Shown here: piece after piece, positions 34,537-46,033 of the stretch
Layout: each line of letters starts with the position of its first letter
Numbering within the stretch: the stretch's first letter is position 1
Assembly: GCA_964016885.1 (NCBI GenBank)
Contig: OZ024743.1
Location: 64,790,001-64,854,000 of the forward strand
Length of the DNA stretch: 64,000 nucleotides
From: Eledone cirrhosa
Taxonomy: Eukaryota
Direction of reading: 5' to 3'
Position numbers and translations under genes: made by a program
The notes under the pieces: model-generated
The model's input: only the letters and a program-made list of their open reading frames with translations
What the model was told of the DNA's origin: nothing
Database searches by the model: none

Positions 34537-37500
34537 GTAATCGGTATCCATGCCTGTTTAGCAATTGATTCGTTTTTAGAATATTAGTACCAAAACTAGC
34601 CTTGTTTAGGAATATTGGAATACGAATAAGTTGCTGTAAAAACATTACTTCAAAATACTGCTTAAAATTAAGACTTATCAATTCTTTCTATTCATATCTA
34701 AAATAATGTACTGTGTCGTAAGTAATGTAATATTAATGCATGTTTACGGTCATTCCCTTGTGTAAATCACTTTCCTTTTTACTTTATATAACTAACTAAT
34801 AACTGACACTCCTTCGGTTACGACGACGAGTGTTTCAGTTGATCCGATCAGCGGAATTGCCTGCTCGTGAAATTAATGTCCAACTGACGCGTACCCTTTA
34901 AGGAGATTCGGCGTGACACAAAATGTGACACGCTTCGAATTACAAATACAACTCATCTTTGCCAGTTGAGTGAACTGGAACAACGTGAGTAAAGGGTCAT
35001 GCTCAAGGACGCGGGACGTCGGGAATCGAACTCACAACCGTACGATTGTGAGCCGAATACCCTAAACAGTTGTATAAATAACATTACAAATTGTTTATAA
35101 TTCTTACAGAATGAGAATATCAACATAATAAATGCAATCAATTATTGCTAGGAACCTCACAAATATAATGCACAAAAATATATGATCAAAGCGAGAGAAA
35201 AAGAAAAAACAGCTTTTTTTTCTGCTTTATATAACTAACTGGTTTCGAATTTTTAAAAATGATAAACTTCTTTCGCACACACATACTTCGTTTTTAAATT
35301 TGTTTTGCAAGATTTCTTATCTGAAAACGTGTGTTGAAACAGATATTGGTATACTTTGGGTGGGTCATGCTGCCAATAAACACACGCACCTGATGAGGTA
35401 GGAGAGACAAAAGGTGTTACAGAATGTGTGACGAAAGAGCTTTGACAATATATAAACAACCATCCGGTTATTGAACCAGCCAACCGGAAATTTATAATAA
35501 ATTGAAATGAAAACCGACACGTGCGAATATTTTTATTAACAACATGACCCTCCCAAAGTATATATAATAAGGATCAATCGACTTTCGTCAAATCGGACCG
35601 AGGAAACAATGTTTCCGTTGGTCTTTCCAGTTGCTAATACTCTCTATCGGTCGCAACTCCAGGTAGAAGGAGCAATGTGAAATAAAGTGTCTTGCTCAAG
35701 GACATAACGCATCGCCCAGTCCAGGAATCGAACTCACAACCTCAAGATTGTAATCCAATTCTCCAACCACTCAGCCACACGCCTTCACTTCATGGTATAT
35801 ATATATACACTCATACACACACACAACTACAAACAGGAAACGTTGGGAATAGTAAGGTAGAAAATATTGGGGGAGAGAAAACCCATACATGCCACAAGGG
35901 GTGCTGGAGCTTCCTTCTAATAAGTTTTTGGGGTAAGCCAAACACAGCATTGCCACGGGTGATAACAAGACTAAGGTGTTGGAATAACCAAGCACCCTCA
36001 TGGGCACCACCTGATACCTCGGTAAGGCGAGCCGTCAACAATGACAAGAACTTCGTTGTCAACGGTGCAGTTACCCAAAAAGTCTTGAACATCACAGGCT
36101 GGAAAATATAGTTTACCAATAATTCTTGGTATTTTAGAATTTGATTCCGTTCAGTTATGGATGCAGTGATCCTCACCTTTACCACAGCATCAAAAGACAT
36201 AAATCAATAAAAAAAAAATTATTTGGAAAGAAAAAGGAAAAGACATGCACACTCCCTTAATTATACACTACAATAGAAATACTCTTAAAATGTTTGAAGC
36301 TGGTGATAGTGAGACTTGGTTGCAGGAACAGCCAAGCATTCTCACAAGTATCACCTGATACTTCAGTAAGACACATTGCTGATGATGACAAAAACTTCAG
36401 CATCTCAAATGTTACAGGTTCAAAAATGTAATTTACTTATAAATTATGGTGTTTGAGTAATTTATTGTTTAGGTATGGAAGCATTAACTCTGCACCTCTG
36501 TCCCACACCATTTAGGGTGTCTGAAGGCGCCAAAAAGTCTCATGTGACACAGTGGTATCACAAATGAGCCATCTACCTCCAGCCATGGGGCAAATGGTAA
36601 GTCCTGTGGACCTCTTCCTATCTACCCTTAACAATCCAGATGACTCTATATTTGAGAGGATATTATCTCTGGCTAGGATCCATTTTATGATAGGTAAAAG
36701 ACAGTTCAGAATTTAATCCAATCAGTAAATTTCCAGTCACAGTAGTTTTACAATGTCACAGAGCATATATATATAAATGAATAAAAATAACCAGAATTAA
36801 ATTCAATAATTTCATGTAATTTAATCCTAGTTATTTTTATTCCTTATATATATATTCAAAATAGGGTGCACACAGGAACATTGGAAAGACAGATGGTCGC
36901 ATCTCCACAATCAATCTCTAGAAATCTCTAGTTTTGGTGCATATATATATATACATATATATAAAACTGAAGTTGTCTGTGTGTGTGTGTGTCCCCTAAT
37001 ATTGGCAAAGTCTATACAAATCCACATTTCTACTCCGATTGACTTCAACTTGCATTTATATATTCCTTGCGGTCTAAAGATATTAACTGCAGTTTTTATT
37101 TTTCAATTTTCTGTTGTTAAAGGCGTTTTTTTCACTAAAACTTTAAGCCCTTTTTGTCAGTTAGTTTGGCAATTTTGTCTACAATGTTCAAGGGAGACAA
37201 CTCTTTAGTATTTTGAAAGAATTACCTCTCTTTATAGACTATATTATCCCTACTTAAACGAACATCCTTTGAAATTGTTGATGGTGACCCCAATAGTAAC
37301 TCCGAAGCGTTCGGCATCCGATATAACAGTTCGGTCTATATCAAATTTGGGTAGATTTTTGTAACCTTAAAAGTATCCAACTAAATTCCTTCATGCTCTC
37401 CACCACTGCAGTGCCACATGATTAATGCTCTGTAACTATTGCTTTCATTGTACCATAGCACAACAAATACATGTTCGGTTTGTCAAATGCCTTTTTACTT

Positions 37501-38262
37501 AACCCTATCGTCTTGGCTTTCGTGGGTTGAATATTTTACTCTCAGGCACCCAATTAAGTTAAACCCCTGGTAATCTATGGCAAATTTTTTTTATAAGCAC
37601 AAAATGTAGACACCATCCCCAGACTGAGCTATTCCGTACTTCTCTGTACTGTTTCAGAAAGGAGGGATAAACATGCCAATCTATGTTTAGAAACCTGAGC
37701 AATGCCGGGCCATTCTGCTAGTATATATATATATATACAGAGAGAGAGAGAGAGGTAAAATCCCGACCACAGCGTCAGGCGGTTTCGCTTGGTGCTGCAG
37801 TCAGGATTTTACATGTCTCTATACCCACTCTACTCAGTCTCAGCACCACAGACTCTCTCTCTCTCTCTCTATTTATATATATATATGTATATATATATAT
37901 TATCATCATCATCATACGTCCGCTTTTCCCTGCTTGCAAGGGTGGTACGGGAACTGATTCTGGCTTGATTTCTACAGCTGGATGCCCTTCCTAACACCAA
38001 CCTCATTTACAGTGAGTGCTGGGTGCTTTTTTTCCATGGCGCCTACACGTCCACTTTACAGTGTGGGTGGGATGCTTTATTGCCGTAGCACCTCCACGAC
38101 CACTTTTGCAGTGGAATGATAGGTACCCCAGTCCTATCATCTCATTTCTACAGCTGAGTAAACTGGAGCAATGTGAAATAAGTGTCTTGCTCAAGGAAAC
38201 AATACATCACCCGGTCTGAGAATTGAACTCACAACCTTTCGATTGCAAGGCCAATGCTCTAA

Positions 38263-38321
<59 letters not shown>

Positions 38322-40509
38322 CAAGACATGGGCATCTAACCTCGACTTGCCTCAAATAAGACAACCCATCTAATCCATGCTAGTGAAGAAAATGGACGTT
38401 AAATGATGATGATGATATATATATGTGTGTGGTTTAGAATAAGTACACTGTATCCCTATGCATCAAATGAAGCAACTAAAAAATATTGATGTCATCAAGG
38501 GCATCTGTCTGTAAAATATTGCTTCAAAGTGTCCCATCCAACCTATACTAGAATGGACAAGTGGACATAAAAATGATGATGATGATGTTTCACAGTTATT
38601 TTAATTTCTTTATTGCAGGCTTCGCTTACCTCAGTGGTTGAAGACAGAAATTCCACTTGGCAAGAGCTACAGTGATATCAAGGCCAGTTTACGGAACAAT
38701 AAACTACACACAGTCTGTGAAGAGGCAAAATGTCCAAATATTGGAGAATGTTGGAGTGGAGAGAAAGGTACAGCCACAGCAACTATTATGATCCTTGGAG
38801 ATATGTGTACACGAGGTGAGTTTTTCATTGCTCCTCCTCCTCATCGTCATCATCATCATCATCATTACTCTACTTGTCATCCTCCTCCTCATTATTACTC
38901 TACTTGTCAACCTCATTAGAAATGTAGTCATGAAAGGGTTAATCCTTGGAAAGGTTTGAGACAAAGGCTGTATTACTAATGTCCTAGGCTGACATCCCTG
39001 TGAGTTTTTCAATAGGCGTTTGTTTACCATATACTTACGGTTGATGATGATGATTTACACCATGTACTGGGTTTATTTTACCATATCACTGGCACAAGTG
39101 GTTATCTGTTAAATCTAAAGAGTCACATTTACCCTGTTTGAGTATTTATTCTTATCTTTAGAAATTCTAAACTTTTTTAATAGCACAGATCTTTCTGGAC
39201 ATATCTGAAACAAAGTGATTAAGTGAAGGCCTAAATATTCGACTACTGTCAGTTTATAGTTCTTGAATTCCAATCTACTACAAGTATTCTGTTATGGATT
39301 TAAACAGTACATCATCATAACCATTTAATGTCTTTTCTATACTTGCATGGGTTAGAGGGGCTGTCATGTTATGAGGCCAGACAGATCAGGTGACCACGTC
39401 TTGCTCATATAGTCCATTTTGGGCTTGGTTTTCAATGGATCAATACCCTTTCTAATGCCAACAAATAATATATTGCTGAGACCATGCTGGAGCACATATA
39501 TATATAAATGTATATGAGGATTGTTTGTTATTGATATAACACCAAATTAGCAGGCAGTCCCCGAATCGAATCAGTCTTCTATTTTCTATTTTCAATTTCT
39601 TTGTATCTTCTATTCTCTGTTGGAGTTCAACGTAATCCTATTATATAATTCCGCAAATAACACCTGATGAAATTGTCTAGTCTTGCATCATAATCGGATG
39701 ATAGGGCTTGACCATCAAAATATATATAGTGTTTTTGTGGAATTAAAATTCTGAAGTAAATTTTCCAGTCTGGCCTTCTGTTGTTGTTTTAATGTATATA
39801 TATTTTTTACTATTTTACAGGATGCCGTTTCTGCTCTGTAAAAACTTCCCGAGCTCCTCCACCACCTGACCCCAATGAACCAGTGAATACAGCGAAGATT
39901 ATTGCATCTTGGCTCGTAGATTATATCGTGATAACCTCAGTTGACCGTGATGATATTGCCGATGGTGGAGCTGCCCATTTCGCTGAAACAGTAAAGCAAG
40001 TGAAGACCCACAAACCAGAGATCTTAGTGGAATGCCTCACTTCAGATTTTCGAGGCAATCTGGAATCTGTGGAAAAGGTTGCTATGTCAGGACTAAATGT
40101 TTACGCTCACAATGTTGAAACAGTTAAAGAATTTCAGTGGCTTGTGAGAGATCCCCGCGCAAACTATGATCAATCTATGAAGATTCTGGAACATGCTAAA
40201 AATACTAATGAAAAGTTAATCACAAAAACATCTCTCATGTTAGGGTTCGGAGAAACAGATGATCAGATCTTACGAACAATGGAGGATTTGAGGAAAATAA
40301 ACGTGGATTGTTTGACACTAGGACAGTATATGCAGCCAACAAAACGACATATTAAAGTGAAAGAATATATTCACCCAGATAAATTTGAACATTGGAAAGA
40401 AGTTGGTGAGAAATTAGGGTTTGCATATACTGCTAGTGGACCCTTAGTAAGATCATCTTATAAGGCAGGAGAATTCTATCTGAAAAATTTGATAAAAATG
40501 ACCTCTTAG
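34343..40509 (+). CDS. LIAS: Mitochondrial lipoyl synthase (radical SAM), 3 coding exons, 359 aa
   Basis: Exons 34343-34536, 38619-38815 and 39821-40509 join in frame (1080 nt). Motifs: [35 protein letters not shown] (CX4CX5C), CTRGCRFC (CX3CX2C, split by intron 2), C-terminal [12 protein letters not shown]. Confidence 0.96.
34800..35070 (-). mobile_element. tRNA-headed SINE of a second family (related heads at about 26740-26870, 35570-35790, 38150-38265, 45590-45750, 52080-52310)
   Basis: Reverse-complement tRNA-like head (GTTGTGAGTTCGATTCC) followed by TCCTTGAGCAAG core. Confidence 0.7.
35900..36680 (-). mobile_element. Two tandem, diverged CRE-clade (RLE-type) non-LTR 3' fragments in LIAS intron 1
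   Basis: [20 protein letters not shown]...[25 protein letters not shown] (CRE K..KY/F.P.A.ET.G/QRLS....RGNA). The second copy has [23 protein letters not shown], resembling GKRPDG.T..PW..G..L.WD.T. Confidence 0.7.
36955..37721 (+). mobile_element. Non-autonomous Helitron
   Basis: 3' end CCTGAGCAATGCCGGG hairpin + CATTCTG-CTAG followed by T; 5' TATATAAAA...GTCTGTGTG. Confidence 0.65.
38619..38815 (+). CDS. LIAS: LIAS exon 2
   Basis: ttgcag|[12 protein letters not shown]...[13 protein letters not shown]...DMCTR G|gtgagt. Confidence 0.95.
39821..40509 (+). CDS. LIAS: LIAS exon 3 (689 nt, to TAG)
   Basis: ttacag|CRFCSVKT...TSVDRDD...AHNVETV...LGQYMQPT...[20 protein letters not shown]. Confidence 0.96.
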
Positions 40510-40561
40510 TTGACAGATGAGAAAGTTTAGTATAATTCCTATAAATAGAGGAGTTATAGGT

Positions 40562-40567
40562 AATAAA
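40562..40567 (+). terminator. Candidate LIAS polyadenylation signal
   Basis: AATAAA about 50 nt after the stop, followed by a GT/T-rich tract (tgtgttcattgtttgtattt). Confidence 0.5.
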
Positions 40568-40675
40568 CTACCTTGATTCCACCAGATCTGTGTTCATTGT
40601 TTGTATTTCTCCAAATATTAGACACATTATTATGTCTATCATCATCACTGAATATATATATATATATATATATAT

Positions 40676-43600
40676 CATCATCATCATCATTTTACGTCCG
40701 CTTCTCCCTGCTTGCAAGGGTGGGACGGGTCTTGTTCAGCACAGCATCTCTCCACTCGTCACGGTCCCTCGTCATCTCCACCGTGAGCTTCAATGATCTG
40801 AGGTCTGTTCTCACCACCTCCGCCCATGTTTTTCGTGGTCTACCTCTACCACGTCTTCCTTCAACTGGCATTTCCTGGCACTTCTTCACCCATCGGTCAT
40901 CCTCCATGCGCATCACATGTCCATACCACCTCAGTCTCCTCTCCCATACACTACATTCTATCCCTCTCAGACACAGTTTCTCTCTCAACACATTTATGCT
41001 GGGTCGTTCACGCACATTTACACTGCACATCCAACGGAGCATGCTTGCCTCATTTCTCTCCAGCCGTCGCATATCCTCTGCGGTTGCTGCCCATGTCTCA
41101 CTACCATGCAGCATCGCGCTCCTCACACAGGCATCATACAATCGGCCTTTCGTACGCAGGGAGAAACCCTTCTTCGTCAACAGAGGAAGCAGCTCCCTAA
41201 ACTTCTTCCAACCCGTCCTTATTCTAGATACTATGGCCTCAGAACACCCTCCTCCCATGCTAATCTGATCTCCTAGGTACCGGAAGCTAACCACCACTTC
41301 TATAGCGCCCTCTCGCATTTGAAAAATGTGTCTATCAGTGCGACTTCTACTGTCTAATTTCCCTGTACATCTACTGCATACATATTTCTCCCTACCTGTT
41401 AGTTTGCCTGCTATCCCGCTACATCTCTTGTGTACCCAGGACCTGCATTGTGTGCATTTTATAGAATTTATGCCAGTTCCTTTTCTGCATATCGAACATG
41501 GCCATTTCCCTGACGGAATCAGGGTTTTGTCCTCTTTTCTACTCATCAACACTTTTGTCTTAGCTAGATTTACTCTCAGTCCTCTTGCTTCCAACTGCTG
41601 TTTCCATAGCCGGAATTTATTCTCTAGCTCCGCTACTGATTCTGCTATAAGAACCAGATCGTCAGCATAGAGAAGTTCCCATGGACAGCCAGTCTTAAAC
41701 TCCTCTGTTATGGCTTGGAGGACTATAATGAACAAGAGCGGGCTGAGGACCGAACCCTGATGTACTCCTACTTGTATCTGGAATTCCTCACTAAACTCCA
41801 TTCCTACCCTGACTTTACTAAGAGTACCTCTGTACAAAGTTTGCACTGTCCTCACAAGCCATTCCTCAACACCTAGCTTCCTTAGGGACCACCAGATGAC
41901 AGATCGGGGTACCCTATCAAAGGCCTTCTCTAGGTCAACAAAGGCTAAGTATAGTGGCTTATTCTTCTCTAAGAACCTCTCTTGCATTTGTCTCACCAAG
42001 AAGAGGGCATCTGTTGTACTCTTCCCAGGCACAAAACCAAACTGCATCTCATCTAGTTTGACCCTTTCTCTAATTAGTTGTGCTAAAATCCTTTCTGCCA
42101 CTTTCATAACCTGATCTATCAGTTTTATACCCCTATAATTGCTCCTCTCCGAAGAATCCCCTTTACCTTTGTAGCAATTTATGAGAATACTGCTGCACCA
42201 GTCTTTGGGTATGACACCACCATATATAGCCTGATTGATGATGCGTGCAACCAGTTTAGTGCCTACGTCCCCTGATGCCTTCAGCATCTCAGCAACTATT
42301 CCCGATGGTCCGGCCACCTTACCATTTTTCATGTCCCTATTCGCCTCTTGGACCCTATATTCGTCAATCTCAATAGCTGGTCCCTCTGTCGGATCTACCA
42401 AGGGTAATTTCTCTCTCTCCCATTCGTTCTCCCCATTCATCAGTCTCTCATAATGACATTTCCAGGCCTCCTTTTTCTGGTCATTCGTGACACTAAGTAC
42501 ACCGGCATCATCCCGGACACATTTATCTCCAACAACATCCTGATTTGCATTGACACACTGCCTTGCAATGTGGAACACCGCACGCCTCTGATCTTCCCGT
42601 CGCAGAACATTGGCAAACCTCCTACTCTCTGCCTCCCTGCGTGCTAAGTACACCTGACGTCTAGCTTCTCTCTTAGTGGCTGTATATTCTTCCCTACTCC
42701 CACCCTTTTTCCAAGCCTTCCATGCTAGTCTTTTGTCTCTAATAGCCTTATCTACTGTGCTGTTCCACCACCAGGTCACTCTCTGTCTGGTTGGAGCTCT
42801 GCTCCAGCCACAGGTTTCATCAGTAGCCTGCAGCAAGTTGTCACGTAAGAACTTCCAGTTATTATCTATGTCATATGTCTCTAAATCGTCTTCTTTTTCG
42901 TCATATACATCTTGAAGGGCTTTCCTAAATTTATATTTTAGTGAAAGGTCTTTTAGCTTCCAGACCTTTCTTCTCCACACCTTCCTATATGTCTCATTCC
43001 ATCTCTTGCTTACTGAGATATCACTAACAACTAACCTATGCTGTGGGGTACATTCTTCCCCAGGGTATGCCTTGGTATTAGACACTATCTGCCTGTCCCA
43101 CTGCCTAACTAGTAGGAAGTCAATCTGGCTTATGTGCTCACCAGATTTGTAGGTTATTAGGTGATTGGCAGGTTTCTGGAAGTTTGTGTTGCAAATAGTC
43201 AATGTACTCGCATCACAAAATTCAAGAAGTCTCACTCCTTCTTCATTTCTTGAACCGTAACCGTGCCCACCATGTACCCCAGTGTAACCATCCTGGAGCT
43301 GTCCAACATGACCATTGAAGTCTCCTACTAGCATAACGATGTCTCCGTCCTCTGTCATTGTGGTTGTTTGCAAAAGTTGCTCATAAAAGCAGTCTTTCTC
43401 ATCTTTGCCTAGGCCTGCTTGGGGAGCATAGACCGAGATGATTGTCAGTAGTCTCCTACCTACAACTAATCTAAGCTTAATTATTCGATTACTAACTCGA
43501 ACTACCTCTATTGTCTTATTGATCCATTTCTCAGCCAGGAAAATGCCTACTCCCCCTAACCCATCATCCTTACCTACCCAGAATAGCTTATAGCTAAGAC

Positions 43601-44800
43601 GCTTGCCTACGACTAGTCTCGCAGAGGCACCTCTCCATCTCACCTCTTGCACGCAGCACACATCCACCTGCCTTCTATCCAGCATCTCCGCTATTTCAGC
43701 AGATCTACCTCTGAGAGTGCCAACATTAAGTGTTGCAACTCTGAGATGCGACGTCTTCATATTTTCCTATGCTGTTTTGTTGCTGTGCTGATAAGCTTTT
43801 TGGCATTGATACACTGGTTGGATGCCCTTCCTAACACCAGCGCCACTTTACAGCATGGACTGGGTGCTTTTATTTGTGCCACCAGCACTAGAGAGGATGT
43901 CTTACTAGACTCAAGGGCCCTCTCTACCCCTCCATTTTACAGCATGGTCATTAAAAAAAAAAAAATAAAAAAAATAAAAAAAAAACTTATTGACACGACG
44001 CACACACAAACACTCACACACCAATACTCATGCATACAAACCACAACCACACATACCAACACTCATTCATGCATACAATCACACACACCACTCACAAACA
44101 CATATATATACATATATTACCGACAGTACTGATACAAAATCAAAATCGTCAAAATCACTATCATGTCAACTGTTGACCTTTCCCAGTCCAGTTCGGCTTG
44201 TATATAATAATAATAACAATAATAATTGTTTGCTTTACGCTGGTAATGGCGGTGGTGGATGGTGTCAGTGTGGTGGTGGTGGATGGTCAGTGATGGTGGT
44301 GGCAGTTGTTGGTGCTGTAGTTGTTATTGTAGTTGTTGTCGTTGTTGCTGTTGTTGTTGTCCTTCATTTCACTGCTGCTGTTGCTGCAGACAATGGTGTT
44401 GATGCTGTTATTGCTGTCGCATATATACAAATACATACACACACACACATTCAACACAGACGATGGTGTTGTTGTTGCTGTTGTTGTTGTTGGTGTTGCT
44501 GCTGTTGTTGTTGTAGTTGTTGCTGTGTTGAAATCTGGTCGCATCCACTGAGATATACATATACACACACATACACATATGTATATACACATACATACAT
44601 CAAAAGAGAGTCAGCAGTATGTCAACAGGGGACAGGACAGCGACCTTAGAGTAATGTGGTGATGGTGGGGAGCGAGTGTAGGCGTTATTGTTATTGTGGT
44701 GACAGGAGGGTCAGTGAGATGTACAAGTTCATAGATCACTTTTCTCTTTTCCTCTCTCTTCAAAATTTTGAATTTATGGCCTTTTGCAATGGCGGACAAG
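40676..44800 (-). mobile_element. Apparently full-length RTE-clade (BovB-like) LINE
   Basis: Single intact ORF and a (TGA)n tail directly after the stop, abutting (TA)n at about 40652-40675. RTE UTR motif GTTAGGAAGGGCATCC at about 43820-43840. The 5' end at 44800 is inferred from a CCGCCATT start next to TATATATA and is uncertain. Confidence 0.88.
40692..43760 (-). CDS. RTE LINE polyprotein: APE endonuclease + reverse transcriptase + PHD finger, 1022 aa
   Basis: APE motifs ATLNVGTL, CVQEVRW, SVYAPQ, GDFNGHVG, QIDFLL, QHRLVV; RT motifs NYRGIKL, QFGFVPG, FVDLEKAFDRV, GVHQGSVLSP, LYADDL, FRYLG; C-terminal [10 protein letters not shown]...GRPRKTW; no internal stops. Confidence 0.95.
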   Translation of the reverse strand: MKTSHLRVATLNVGTLRGRSAEIAEMLDRRQVDVCCVQEVRWRGASARLVVGKRLSYKLFWVGKDDGLGGVGIFLAEKWINKTIEVVRVSNRIIKLRLVVGRRLLTIISVYAPQAGLGKDEKDCFYEQLLQTTTMTEDGDIVMLVGDFNGHVGQLQDGYTGVHGGHGYGSRNEEGVRLLEFCDASTLTICNTNFQKPANHLITYKSGEHISQIDFLLVRQWDRQIVSNTKAYPGEECTPQHRLVVSDISVSKRWNETYRKVWRRKVWKLKDLSLKYKFRKALQDVYDEKEDDLETYDIDNNWKFLRDNLLQATDETCGWSRAPTRQRVTWWWNSTVDKAIRDKRLAWKAWKKGGSREEYTATKREARRQVYLARREAESRRFANVLRREDQRRAVFHIARQCVNANQDVVGDKCVRDDAGVLSVTNDQKKEAWKCHYERLMNGENEWEREKLPLVDPTEGPAIEIDEYRVQEANRDMKNGKVAGPSGIVAEMLKASGDVGTKLVARIINQAIYGGVIPKDWCSSILINCYKGKGDSSERSNYRGIKLIDQVMKVAERILAQLIRERVKLDEMQFGFVPGKSTTDALFLVRQMQERFLEKNKPLYLAFVDLEKAFDRVPRSVIWWSLRKLGVEEWLVRTVQTLYRGTLSKVRVGMEFSEEFQIQVGVHQGSVLSPLLFIIVLQAITEEFKTGCPWELLYADDLVLIAESVAELENKFRLWKQQLEARGLRVNLAKTKVLMSRKEDKTLIPSGKWPCSICRKGTGINSIKCTQCRSWVHKRCSGIAGKLTGREKYVCSRCTGKLDSRSRTDRHIFQMREGAIEVVVSFRYLGDQISMGGGCSEAIVSRIRTGWKKFRELLPLLTKKGFSLRTKGRLYDACVRSAMLHGSETWAATAEDMRRLERNEASMLRWMCSVNVRERPSINVLREKLCLRGIECSVWERRLRWYGHVMRMEDDRWVKKCQEMPVEGRRGRGRPRKTWAEVVRTDLRSLKLTVEMTRDRDEWRDAVLNKTRPTLASREKRT

Positions 44801-44867
44801 TATATATAATGTATATATATGAAGCAAAGAAAAGAAAATTTTTTTTTTTTTTTTTTTTCACTGATAT

Positions 44868-45177
44868 GAAAGATTTCCTGGTAGAAGTTCAGGTGTATTC
44901 AGTGATTGGTATCCAGTTTCGGGGTATCCAATTAGAAAATCCAACGAATCTTTAAGAGGGGTCCACGCAAGCATTGATATATATATGTATATATGTAAAA
45001 TGCAAGCAGAAATAACAACGAAAGATTTCCTGGTAGAAGTTCAGGTGTATTCAGTGTTGGTATCCAGTGTCGGGGTATCCAATTAGAAAATCCAACGAAT
45101 TTTTAAGAGGGGTCCACGCAAGCATATATATAGATATATATATGTATATATACAAAATGCAAGCAGAAATAACAACA
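44868..45177. repeat. Tandem duplication of about 150 bp
   Basis: GAAAGATTTCCTGGTAGAAGTTCAGG...GCAAGCAGAAATAACAAC twice. Confidence 0.85.
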
Positions 45178-46033
45178 CATATACTAATGAACATACATTA
45201 AACACAGAGGGACTGTAAATGATAATAGCAATATATATATATATATATATATAATCAGCATCATAACACTTTAATGTACATTTTTCCATGCTAGCATGAG
45301 TTAGACAAATTGTCCTATTGTGAAATAGACCGGGTCAGATGACCACATCTTGCTCATACAGAACTGATTTTTGCTTAGGTTTCTATGACTGGATGCCTTT
45401 CCTAATGCTAGCCAGATTTACACTGTGGGCAGGGCACTTTTTGTCATGTCACCATCACGACCACATATATATATATAAACCCATGCAAGCGTGGAATTTG
45501 GACGTTAAACGATGATGATGATGATGGTGATGATATATCGACAAGATCCCAGACCTCATTTGCTTAATGATTTGGGTGGAGCTTGGCCAATCAGGCTGAG
45601 GAAACATTGTTTCCATTAGTCTTTCCAATTGCCAATACTATCTGTCAGTTGCAAATCCAGGCAGAAGGAGCAACATGAAATAAATAAGATCACCCAGTCC
45701 GGGAATCAAAATCACCTCATGATTGCAAATCCAATTCTCTAACCATTCATATATATATATATATATTATTAGTACAGATTGCTCTCAGGTTTATATATAT
45801 ATTATAGCATCTCTGCACATGAGTACATCATCCTTTATATTAACTATATACTTAGTTAATATGAAGTAAGTTTTCACTTTATGTTGGTAAAATCGTATTT
45901 GTGGAATGATTATGTAAATATTAGTGAAAGAACAGCTTACCAATATTTTTTCTCAACGTGATTTATATAGTCCTGTGATATAATTTTCCCGTTGTTAAAT
46001 TCTCAAATATGAAACACGTATTAGATTATTCAA

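Noticed and set aside
40573-42915. Several plus-strand ORFs
   Set aside because: Antisense shadows of the RTE ORF.
43990-44649. 219-aa Val/Cys-rich ORF and opposite-strand Thr/Asn-rich ORFs as an RTE ORF1
   Set aside because: Built from GTT/GCT/CA microsatellites with no domain; the long ORF is antisense to the element.
44789-44806. ATGGCGGACAA|gtatat as the first exon of a plus-strand gene
   Set aside because: Weak donor and no downstream exons found; better explained as the RTE 5' end next to (TA)n.
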